The position numbers were made by a program, and so were the translations under genes. DNA of 27,273 nucleotides from NCBI GenBank assembly GCA_002189035.1, contig NEEC01000503.1, positions 1-27,273 of the forward strand, in the 5' to 3' direction. The DNA is from Utricularia gibba (taxonomy: Eukaryota > Plantae > Magnoliophyta). Shown piece by piece: positions 1 through 11,148 of this stretch (positions are counted from its first letter, which is position 1; every line of letters starts with the position of its first letter). The notes beneath the pieces are model-generated. The model saw nothing but the letters and a program-made list of their open reading frames with translations. It was not told where the DNA came from and made no database searches.

Positions 1-314
1 TTTTCCTTGAGAAACTATGTAGGCAGCCTAATAAAGCCGAACGTTAATAAATGCATCAATTTTTTTGCCGGGCTACAAATGACTCTGGGCCGAGCTCGAC
101 TCGACCTCCTGCTCGATACCGTTGCCCCACGAGAGTGCCTTATCAAATATAAAGCATGCGGTTGAGAAAACCATTTTGGGTGCTCATGATATCCTAACTT
201 CAATAACTGCATCACGATTTTCGTCGAGTAGGACCCGATGTGGCAAAGGAGTCAGACCGAACCTATGGTCAGAACGAAGTTCCAAAAGACATCACCCGCC
301 CAGAAACGACAAGC
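1..314. repeat. Representative canonical (type A) monomer
   Basis: Positions 1-314 repeat almost exactly from 315. Hand count gives 146/314 G+C (~46.5%) and 18 CpG. It contains AACGTT, ATGCAT, GAGCTC, GCATGC, TCATGA and GATATC (variable) sites plus AAGCTT, and a variable-length T tract at ~60-66. Confidence 0.97.
7..161. repeat. Alpha half-monomer (~155 bp subunit)
   Basis: It starts TTGAGAAACTATGTAGG and aligns to 162-320. The first 52 aligned columns give 37 matches plus one gap, including AATAA-TGCATCA. Confidence 0.85.
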
Positions 315-320
315 TTTTCC
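162..320. repeat. Beta half-monomer (~159 bp subunit)
   Basis: It starts TTGAGAAAACCATTTTGGG and is homologous to the alpha half. Both halves end in AAGC followed by six bases and then TTGAGAAA. Confidence 0.85.
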
Positions 321-3300
321 TTGAGAAACTATGTAGGCAGCCTAATAAAGCCGAACGTTAATAATGCATCAATTTTTTGCCGGGCTACAAATGACTCTGG
401 GCCGAGCTCGACTCGACCTCCTGCTCGATACCGTTGCCCCACGAGAGTGCCTTATCAAATATAAAGCATGCGGTTGAGAAAACCATTTTGGGTGCTCATG
501 ATATCCTAACTTCAATAACTGCATCACGATTTTCGTCGAGTAGGACCCGATGTGGCAAAGGAGTCAGACCGAACCTATGGTCAGAACGAAGTTCCAAAAG
601 ACATCACCGCCCAGAAACGACAAGCTTTTCCTTGAGAAACTATGTAGGCACCTAATAAAGCCGACGTTAATAAATGCATCAATTTTTTTGCCGGGCTACA
701 AATGACTCTGGGCCCGAGCTCGACTCGACCTCCTGCTCGATACCGTTGCCCCACGAGAGTGCCTTATCAAATAAAGCATGCGGTTGAGAAAACCATTTTG
801 GGTGCTCATGAAATCCTAACTTCAATAACTGCATCACGATTTTCGTCGAGTAGGACCCGATGTGGCAAAGGAGTCAGACCGAACCTATGGTCAGAACGAA
901 GTTCCAAAAGACATCACCCGCCCAGAAACGACAAGCTTTTCCTTGAGAAACTATGTAGGCAGCCTAATAAAGCCGAACGTTAATAAATGCATCAATTTTT
1001 TTTGCCGGCTACAAATGACTCTGGGCCGAGCTCGACTCGACCTCCTGCTCGATACCGTTGCCCCACGAGAGTGCCTTATAAATATAAGCATGCGGTTGAG
1101 AAAACCATTTTGGGTGCTCATGATATCCTAACTTCAATAACTGCATCACGATTTTCGTCGAGTAGGACCGATGTGGCAAAGGAGTCAGACCGAACCTATG
1201 GTCAGAACGAAGTTCCAAAAGACATCACCCGCCCAGAAACGACAAGCTTTTCCTTGAGAAACTATGTAGGCAGCCTAAAAACCGAACGTTAATAAATGCA
1301 TCAATTTTTTTGCCGGGCTACAAATGACTCTGGGCCGAGCTCGACTCGACCTCCTGCTCGATACCGTTGCCCCACGAGAGTGCCTTATCAAATATAAAGC
1401 ATGCGGTTGAGAAAACCATTTTGGGTGCTCATGAATCCTAACTTCAATAACTGCATCACGATTTTCGTCGAGTAGGACCCGATGTGGCAAAGGAGTCAGA
1501 CCGAACCTTGGTCAGAACGAAGTTCAAAAGACATCACCCGCCCAGAAACGACAAGCTTTTCCTTGAGAAACTATGTAGGCAGCCTAATAAAAGCCGAACG
1601 TTAATAAATGCATCAATTTTTTTGCCGGGCTACAAATGACTCTGGGCCGAGCTCGACTCGACCTCTGCTCGATACCGTTGCCCCACGAGAGTGCCTTATC
1701 AAATATAAAGCATGCGGTTGAGAAAACCTTTTTTGGGTGCTCATGAATCCTAACTTCAATAACTGCATCACGATTTTCGTCGAGTAGGACCCGATGTGGC
1801 AAAGGAGTCAGACCGAACCTATGGTCAGAACGAAGTTCCAAAAGACATCACCGCGCGAAACGACAAGCTTTTCCTTGAGAAACTATGTAGGCAGCCTAAT
1901 AAAGCCGAACGTTAATAAATGCATCAATTTTTTTGCCGGCTACAAATGACTCTGGGCCGAGCTCGACTCGACCTCCTGCTCGATACCGTTGCCCCACGAG
2001 AGTGCCTTATCAAATATAAAGCATGCGGTTGAGAAAACCATTTTGGGTGCTCATGAATCCTAACTTCAATAACTGCATCACGATTTTCGTCGAGTAGGAC
2101 CCGATGTGGCAAAGGAGTCAGACCGAACCTTGGTCAGAACGAAGTTCCAAAAGACATCACCCGCCCAAAACGACAAGCTTTTCCTTGAGAAAACATGTAG
2201 GCAGCCTATTAAAACAACCGTTAATAAATGCATCAAGTTTTTTGCCGAGCTACAAATGACTATGGGCCCGAGCTCGACTCGACCTCCTACTCGATACCGT
2301 TGCCCCACGAGAGCACCTTATCAAATATAAAGCATGCGGTTGAGAAAACCATTTTGGGTGCTCATGATATCCTAACTTCAATAACTGCATCACGATTTTC
2401 GTCGAGTAGGACCCGATGTGGCAAAGGAGTCAGACCGAACCTATGGTCAGAACGAAGTTCCAAAAGACATCACCCGCCCAGAAACGACAAGCTTTTCCTT
2501 GAGAAACTATGTAGGCAGCCTAATAAAGCCGAACGTTAATAAATGCATCAATTTTTTTGCCGGCTACAAATGACTCTGGGCCGAGCTCGACTCGACCTCC
2601 TGCTCGATACCGTTGCCCCACGAGAGTGCCTTATCAAATATAAAGCATGCGGTTGAGAAAACCATTTTGGGTGCTCATGAATCCTAACTTCAATAACTGC
2701 ATCACGATTTTCGTCGAGTAGGACCCGATGTGGCAAAGGAGTCAGACCGAACCTTGGTCAGAACGAAGTTCCAAAAGACATCACCCGCCCAGAAACGACA
2801 AGCTTTTCCTTGAGAAACTATGTAGGCAGCCTAATAAAGCCAACGTTAATAAATGCATCAATTTTTTTGCCGGGCTACAAATGACTCTGGGCCGAGCTCG
2901 ACTCGACCTCCTGCTCGATACCGTTGCCCCACGAGAGTGCCTTATCAAATATAAAGCATGCGGTTGAGAAAACCATTTTGGGTGCTCATGAATCCTAACT
3001 TCAATAACTGCATCACGATTTTCGTCGAGTAGGACCCGATGTGGCAAAGGAGTCAGACCGAACCTTGGTCAGAACGAAGTTCCAAAGACATCACCCGCCA
3101 GAAACGACAAGCTTTTCCTTGAGAAACTATGTAGGCAGCCTAATAAAACCGAACGTTAATAAATGCATCAATTTTTTTTGCCGGGCTACAAATGACTCTG
3201 GGCCGAGCTCGACTCGACCTCCTGCTCGATACCGTTGCCCCACGAGAGTGCCTTATCAAATATAAAGCATGCGGTTGAAAACCATTTTGGGTGCTCATGA

Positions 3301-6300
3301 ATCCTAACTTCAAACTGCATCACGATTTTCGTCGAGTAGGACCCGATGTGGCAAAGGAGTCAGACCGAACCTTGGGTCAGAACGAAGTTCCAAAAGACAT
3401 CACCCGCCCAGAAAACGACAAGCTTTTCCTTGAGAAACTATGTAGGCAGCCTAATAAAACCGAACGTTAATAAATGCATCAATTTTTTTGCCGGCTACAA
3501 ATGACTCTGGGCCGAGCTCGACTCGACCTCCTGCTCGATACCGTTGCCCCACGAGAGCGCCTTATCAAATATAAAGCATGCGGTTGAGAAAACCATTTTG
3601 GGTGCTCATGAATCCTAACTTCAAACTGCATCACGATTTTCGTCGAGTAGGACCCGATGTGGCAAAGGAGTCAGACCGAACCTTGGTCAGAACGAAGTTC
3701 CAAAAGACATCACCCGCCCAGAAACGACAAGCTTTTCCTTGAGAAACTATGTAGGCAGCCTAATAAAGCCGAACGTTAATAAATGCATCAATTTTTTGCC
3801 GGGCTACAAATGACTCTGGGCCGAGCTCGACTCGACCTCCTGCTCGATACCGTTGCCCCACGAGAGTGCCTTATCAAATATAAAGCATGCGGTTGAGAAA
3901 ACCATTTTGGGTGCTCATGATCCTAACTTCAATAACTGCATCACGATTTTCGTCGAGTAGGACCCGATGTGGCAAAGGAGTCAGACCGAACCTATGGTCA
4001 GAACGAAGTTCCAAAAGACATCACCCGCCAGAAACGACAAGCTTTTCCTTGAGAAACTATGTAGGCAGCCTAATAAAGCCGAACGTTAATAAATGCATTT
4101 TTTTGCCGGGCTACAAATGACTCTGGGCCCGAGCTCGACTCGACCTCCTGCTCGATACCGTTGCCCACGAGAGCGCCTTATCAAATATAAAGCATGCGGT
4201 TGAGAAAACCATTTTGGGTGCTCATGAATCCTAACTTCAATAACTGCATCACGATTTTCGTCGAGTAGGACCCGATGTGGCAAAGGAGTCAGACCGAACC
4301 TATGGTCAGAACGAAGTTCCAAAAGACATCACCCGCCCAGAAACGACAAGCTTTTCCTTGAGAAACTATGTAGGCAGCCTAATAAAGCCGAACGTTAATA
4401 AATGCATCAATTTTGCCGGGCTACAAATGACTCTGGGCCCGAGCTCGACTCGACCTCCTGCTCGATACCGTTGCCCCACGAGAGTGCCTTATCAAATATA
4501 AAGCATGCGGTTGAGAAAACCATTTTGGGTGCTCATGAATCCTAACTTCAATAACTGCATCACGATTTTCGTCGAGTAGGACCCGATGTGGCAAAGGAGT
4601 CAGACCGAACCTTGGTCAACGAAGTTCCAAAGACATCACCCGCCAAAAACGACAAGCTTTTCCTTGAGAAACATGTAGGCAGCCTATTAAAAAACGTTAA
4701 TAAATGCATCAATTTTTTTGCCGGCTACAAATGACTCTGGGCCCGAGCTCGACTCGACCTCCTGCTCGATACCGTTGCCCCAGAGAGCCCTTATCAAATA
4801 TAAAGCATGCGGTTGAGAAAACCATTTTGGGTGCTCATGATATCCTAACTTCAATAACTGCATCACGATTTTCGTCGAGTAGGACCCGATGGGCAAAGGA
4901 GTCAGACCGAACCTATGGTCAGAACGAAGTTCCAAAAGACATCACCGCCAGAAACGACAAGCTTTTCCTTGAGAAACTATGTAGGCAGCCTAATAAAGCC
5001 GAACGTTAATAAATGCATCAATTTTTTTGCCGGGCTACAAATGACTCTGGGCCGAGCTCGACTCGACCTCCTGCTCGATACCGTTGCCCCACGAGAGTGC
5101 CTTATCAAATATAAAGCATGCGGTTGAGAAAACCATTTTGGGTGCTCATGAATCCTAACTTCAATAACTGCATCACGATTTTCGTCGAGTAGGACCCGAT
5201 GTGGCAAAGGAGTCAGACCGAACCTTGGTCAGAACGAAGTTCCAAAAGACATCACCCGCCCAGAAACGACAAGCTTTTCCTTGAGAAACTATGTAGGCAG
5301 CCTAATAAAAACGTTAATAAATGCATCAATTTTTTGCCGGGCTACAAATGACTCTGGGCCGAGCTCGACTCGACCTCCTGCTCGATACCGTTGCCCACGA
5401 GAGTGCCTTATCAAATATAAAGCATGCGGTTGAGAAAACCATTTTGGGTGCTCATGAAATCCTAACTTCAATAACTGCATCACGATTTTCGTCGAGTAGG
5501 ACCCGATGTGGCAAAGGAGTCAGACCGAACCTTGGTCAGAACGAAGTTCAAACGACATCACCCGCCCAAAAACGACAAGCTTTTCCTTGAGAAAACATTA
5601 GGCAGCCTATTAAAACCAACGTTAATAAATGCATCAAGTTTTTTGCCGAGCTACAAATGACTATGGGCCGAGCTCGACTCGACCTCCTACTCGATACCGT
5701 TGCCCCACGAGAGCACCTTATCAAATATAAAGCATGCGGTTGAGAAAACCATTTTGGGTGCTCATGAAATCCTAACTTCAATAACTGCATCACGATTTTC
5801 GTCGAGTAGGACCGATGTGGCAAAGGAGTCAGACAGAACCTTGGGTCAGAACGAAGTTCCCAACGACATCACCCGCCAGAAACGACAAGCTTTTCCTTGA
5901 GAAAACTATGTAGGCAGCTATTAAAACCAACGTTAATAATGCATCAAGTTTTTTGCCGAGCTACAAATGACTATGGGCCCGAGCTCGACTCGACCTCCTA
6001 CTCGATACCGTTGCCCCACGAGAGCGCCTCCTCAAATATAAAGCATGCGGTTGAGAAAACCATTTTGGGTGCTCATGAAATCCTAACTTCAATAACTGCA
6101 TCATCGTCGAGTAGGACCCGATGTGGCAAAGGAGTCAGAACCTTGGTCGAACGAAGTTCCAAACGACATCACCCGCCAGAAAACGACAAGCTTTTCCTTG
6201 AGAAACTATGTAGGCAGCCTAATAGCCGAACGTTAATAAATGCATCAATTTTTTGCGGGCTACAAATGACTCTGGCCCGAGCTCGACTCGACCTCCTGCT

Positions 6301-9300
6301 CGATACCGTTGCCCCACGAGAGCGCCTTATCAAATATAAAGCATGCGGTTGAGAAAACCATTTTGGGTGCTCATGAATCCTAACTTCAATAACTGCATCA
6401 CGATTTTCGTCGAGTAGGACCCGATGTGGCAAAGGAGTCAGACAGAACCTTGGGTCAGAACGAAGTTCCAACGACATCACCCGCCAGAAACGACAAGCTT
6501 TTCCTTGAGAAACATGTAGGCCTATTAAAACCCAACGTTAATAAATGCATCAATTTTTTTGCCGGCTACAAATGACTCTGGGCCAGCTCGACTCGACCTC
6601 CTGCTCGATACCGTTGCCCCACGAGAGTGCCTTATCAAATATAAAGCATGCGGTTGAGAAAACCATTTTGGGTGCTCATGAATCCTAACTTCAATAACTG
6701 CATCACGATTTTCGTCGAGTAGGACCCGATGTGGCAAAGGAGTCAGACAGAACCTTGGTCAGAACGAAGTTCCAACGACATCACCCGCCAGAAACGACAA
6801 GCTTTTCCTTGAGAAACTATGTAGGCAGCCTATAAAGCCGAACGTTAATAAATGCATCAATTTTTTGCGGGCTACAAATGACTCTGGGAGCGAGCTCGAC
6901 TCGACCTTTGCTCGATACCGTTGCCCCACGAGAGCGCCTCCAAAATATAAAGCATGCGGTTGAGAAAAACATTTTGGGTGCTCATGAAATCCTAACTTCA
7001 ATAACTGCATCACGATTTTCGTCGAGTAGGACCCGATGTGGCAAAGGAGTCAGACCGAACCTTGGGTCAGAACGAAGTTCCAACGACATCACCCGCCAGA
7101 AACGACAAGCTTTTCCTTGAGAAACTATGTAGGCAGCCTAATAAAGCCGAACGTTAATAAATGCATCAATTTTTTTGCCGGGCTACAAATGACTCTGGGC
7201 CCGAGCTCGACTCGACCTCCTGCTCGATACCGTTGCCCCACGAGAGTGCCTTATCAAATATAAAGCATGCGGTTGAGAAAACCATTTTGGGTGCTCATGA
7301 TATCCTAACTTCAATAACTGCATCACGATTTTCGTCGAGTAGGACCCGATGTGGCAAAGGAGTCAGACGAACCTATGGTCAGAACGAAGTTCCAAAAGAC
7401 ATCACCCGCCCAGAAACGACAAGCTTTTCCTTGAGAAACTATGTAGGCAGCCTAATAAAGCCGAACGTTAATAAATGCATCAATTTTTTTGCCGGCTACA
7501 AATGACTCTGGGCCCGAGCTCGACTCGACCTCCTGCTCGATACCGTTGCCCCACGAGAGTGCCTTATCAAATATAAAGCATGCGGTTGAGAAAACCATTT
7601 TGGGTGCTCATGAATCCTAACTTCAATAACTGCATCACGATTTTCGTCGAGTAGGACCCGATGTGGCAAAGGAGTCAGACCGAACCTATGGTCAGAACGA
7701 AGTTCCAAAAGACATCACCCGCCCAGAAACGACAAGCTTTTCCTTGAGAAACTATGTAGGCAGCCTATAAAGCCGAACGTTAATAAATGCATCAATTTTT
7801 TTTGCCGGGCTACAAATGACTCTGGGCCGAGCTCGACTCGACCTCCTGCTCGATACCGTTGCCCCACGAGAGTGCCTTATCAAATATAAAGCATGCGGTT
7901 GAGAAAACCATTTTGGGTGCTCATGATATCCTAACTTCAATAACTGCATCACGATTTTCGTCGAGTAGGACCCGATGTGGCAAAGGAGTCAGACCGAACC
8001 TTGGTCAGAACGAAGTTCCAAAAGACATCACCCGCCCAGAAACGACAAGCTTTTCCTTGAGAAACTATGTAGGCAGCCTATAAACCGAACGTTAATAAAT
8101 GCATCAATTTTTTTGCCGGGCTACAAATGACTCTGGGCCCGAGCTCGACTCGACCTCCTGCTCGATACCGTTGCCCCACGAGAGCGCCTTATCAAATATA
8201 AAGCATGCGGTTGAGAAAACCATTTTGGGTGCTCATGATATCCTAACTTCAATAACTGCATCACGATTTTCGTCGAGTAGGACCCGATGTGGCAAAGGAG
8301 TCAGACCGAACCTTGGGTCAGAACGAAGTTCCAAAAGACATCACCCGCCCAGAAACGACAAGCTTTTCCTTGAGAAACTATGTAGGCAGCCTAATAAAGC
8401 CGAACGTTAATAAATGCATCAATTTTTTTTGCCGGGCTACAAATGACTCTGGGCCGAGCTCGACTCGACCTCCTGCTCGATACCGTTGCCCACGAGAGCG
8501 CCTTATCAAATATAAAGCATGCGGTTGAGAAAACCATTTTGGGTGCTCATGAATCCTAACTTCAATAACTGCATCACGATTTTCGTCGAGTAGGACCCGA
8601 TGTGGCAAAGGAGTCAGACCGAACCTATGGTCAGAACGAAGTTCCAAAAGACATCACCCGCCCAGAAACGACAAGCTTTCCTTGAGAAACTATGTAGGCA
8701 GCCTATAAAGCCGAACGTTAATAAATGCATCAATTTTTTTGCCGGCTACAAATGACTCTGGGCGAGCTCGACTCGACCTCCTGCTCGATACCGTTGCCCC
8801 GAGAGCGCCTTATCAAATATAAAGCATGCGGTTGAGAAAACCATTTTGGGTGCTCATGAATCCTAACTTCAAACTGCATCACGATTTTCGTCGAGTAGGA
8901 CCCGATGTGGCAAAGGAGTCAGACCGAACCTTGGTCAGAACGAAGTTCCAAAAGACATCACCCGCCCAGAAACGACAAGCTTTTCCTTGAGAAACTATGT
9001 AGGCAGCCTAATAAAGCCGAACGTTAATAAATGCATCAATTTTTTTGCCGGGCTACAAATGACTCTGGGCCCGAGCTCGACTCGACCTCCTGCTCGATAC
9101 CGTTGCCCCACGAGAGTGCCTTATCAAATATAAAGCATGCGGTTGAGAAAACCATTTTGGGTGCTCATGATATCCTAACTTCAATAACTGCATCACGATT
9201 TTCGTCGAGTAGGACCCGATGTGGCAAAGGAGTCAGACCGAACCTATGGTCAGAACGAAGTTCCAAAAGACATCACCCGCCCAGAAACGACAAGCTTTTC

Positions 9301-11148
9301 CTTGAGAAACTATGTAGGCAGCCTAATAAAGCCGAACGTTAATAAATGCATCAATTTTTTTCCGGGCTACAAATGACTCTGGGCCGAGCTCGACTCGACC
9401 TCCTGCTCGATACCGTTGCCCACGAGAGTGCCTTATCAAATATAAAGCATGCGGTTGAGAAAACCATTTTGGGTGCTCATGATATCCTAACTTCAATAAC
9501 TGCATCACGATTTTCGTCGAGTAGGACCCGATGTGGCAAAGGAGTCAGACCGAACCTTGGTCAGAACGAAGTTCCAAAAGACATCACCGCCCAAAAACGA
9601 CAAGCTTTTCCTTGAGAAACCATGTAGGCAGCCTAATTAAAACGTTAATAAATGCATCAATTTTTTTGCCGGCTACAAATGACTCTGGGCCCGAGCTCGA
9701 CTCGACCTCCTGCTCGATACCGTGCCCCACGAGAGCCCTTATCAAATATAAAGCATGCGGTTGAGAAAACCATTTTGGGTGCTCATGAATCCTAACTTCA
9801 ATAACTGCATCACGATTTTCGTCGAGTAGGACCCGATGTGGCAAAGGAGTCAGACCGAACCTATGGTCAGAACGAAGTTCCAAAAGACATCACCCGCCAG
9901 AAACGACAAGCTTTTCCTTGAGAAACTATGTAGGCAGCCTAAAAACCACGTTAATAAATGCATCAATTTTTTGCCGGGCTACAAATGACTCTGGGCCGAG
10001 CTCGACTCGACCTCCTGCTCGATACCGTTGCCACGAGAGTGCCTTATCAAATATAAAGCATGCGGTTGAGAAAACCATTTTGGGTGCTCATGATATCCTA
10101 ACTTCAATAACTGCATCACGATTTTCGTCGAGTAGGACCCGATGTGGCAAAGGAGTCAGACCGAACCTATGGTCAGAACGAAGTTCCAAAAGACATCACC
10201 CGCCCAGAAACGACAAGCTTTTCCTTGAGAAACTATGTAGGCAGCCTAATAAACCAACGTTAATAAATGCATCAATTTTTTGCCGGGCTACAAATGACTA
10301 TGGGCCGAGCTCGACTCGACCTCCTGCTCGATACCGTTGCCCCACGAGAGTGCCTTATCAAATATAAAGCATGCGGTTGAGAAAACCATTTTGGGTGCTC
10401 ATGAATCCTAACTTCAATAACTGCATCACGATTTTCGTCGAGTAGGACCCGATGTGGCAAAGGAGTCAGACCGAACCTTGGTCAGAACGAAGTTCCAAAA
10501 GACATCACCGCCCAGAAAACGACAAGCTTTTCCTTGAGAAACTATGTAGGCAGCCTAATAAAGCCCAACGTTAATAAATGCATCAATTTTTTTGCCGGCT
10601 ACAAATGACTCTGGGCCGAGCTCGACTCGACCTCCTGCTCGATACCGTTGCCCCACGAGAGTGCCTTATCAAATATAAAGCATGCGGTTGAGAAAACCAT
10701 TTTGGGTGCTCATGAATCCTAACTTCAATAAACTGCATCACGATTTTCGTCGAGTAGGACCCGATGTGGCAAAGGAGTCAGACCGAACCTATGGTCAGAA
10801 CGAAGTTCCAAAAGACATCACCCGCCCAGAAACGACAAGCTTTTCCTTGAGAAACTATGTAGGCAGCCTATAAAACCAACGTTAATAAATGCATCAATTT
10901 TTTTGCCGGGCTACAAATGACTCTGGGCCCGAGCTCGACTCGACCTCCTGCTCGATACCGTTGCCCCACGAGAGTGCCTTATCAAATATAAAGCATGCGG
11001 TTGAGAAAACCATTTTGGGTGCTCATGATATCCTAACTTCAATAACTGCATCACGATTTTCGTCGAGTAGGACCCGATGTGGCAAAGGAGTCAGACCGAA
11101 CCTATGGTCAGAACGAAGTTCCAAAAGACATCACCCGCCCAAAACGAC

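Larger units (their letters stand above)
1..11148. repeat. Homogeneous monomeric domain (mostly type A), with variant islands at ~2165-2316 and ~5577-7107
   Basis: Most units carry CTAATAAAGCCGAACG, TGCCG(G)GCTACAAATGACTCTGGG, GAGAGTGCC, GGACCCGATGTGG and CCAAAAGAC. No regular alternation is visible. Confidence 0.85.

Noticed and set aside
30-51. AATAAA hexamers as polyadenylation signals, and the T tract at ~60-66 as a terminator
   Set aside because: These short AT-rich motifs are repeated passively in every monomer, with no associated gene or stem-loop.
162-190. Assignment to a named family such as CentO, CentC or the onion terminal satellite
   Set aside because: Only the unit length and a short AAAA-CAT-TTT-GG-TG-like motif are reminiscent. 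I cannot align the rest from memory, so a database search is required.
286-312. CENP-B box on the minus strand (GTCGTTTCTGGGCGGG)
   Set aside because: It misses two of the nine core positions of TTCG-nnnn-A-nn-CGGG and usually has the wrong spacing.
1-314. 5S rDNA, tRNA or spliced-leader gene array (the unit size would fit)
   Set aside because: I see no 5S, tRNA or SL consensus on either strand. CCATTTTGG (171-179) matches only 9 nt of the dinoflagellate spliced leader as I recall it, which is compatible with chance.
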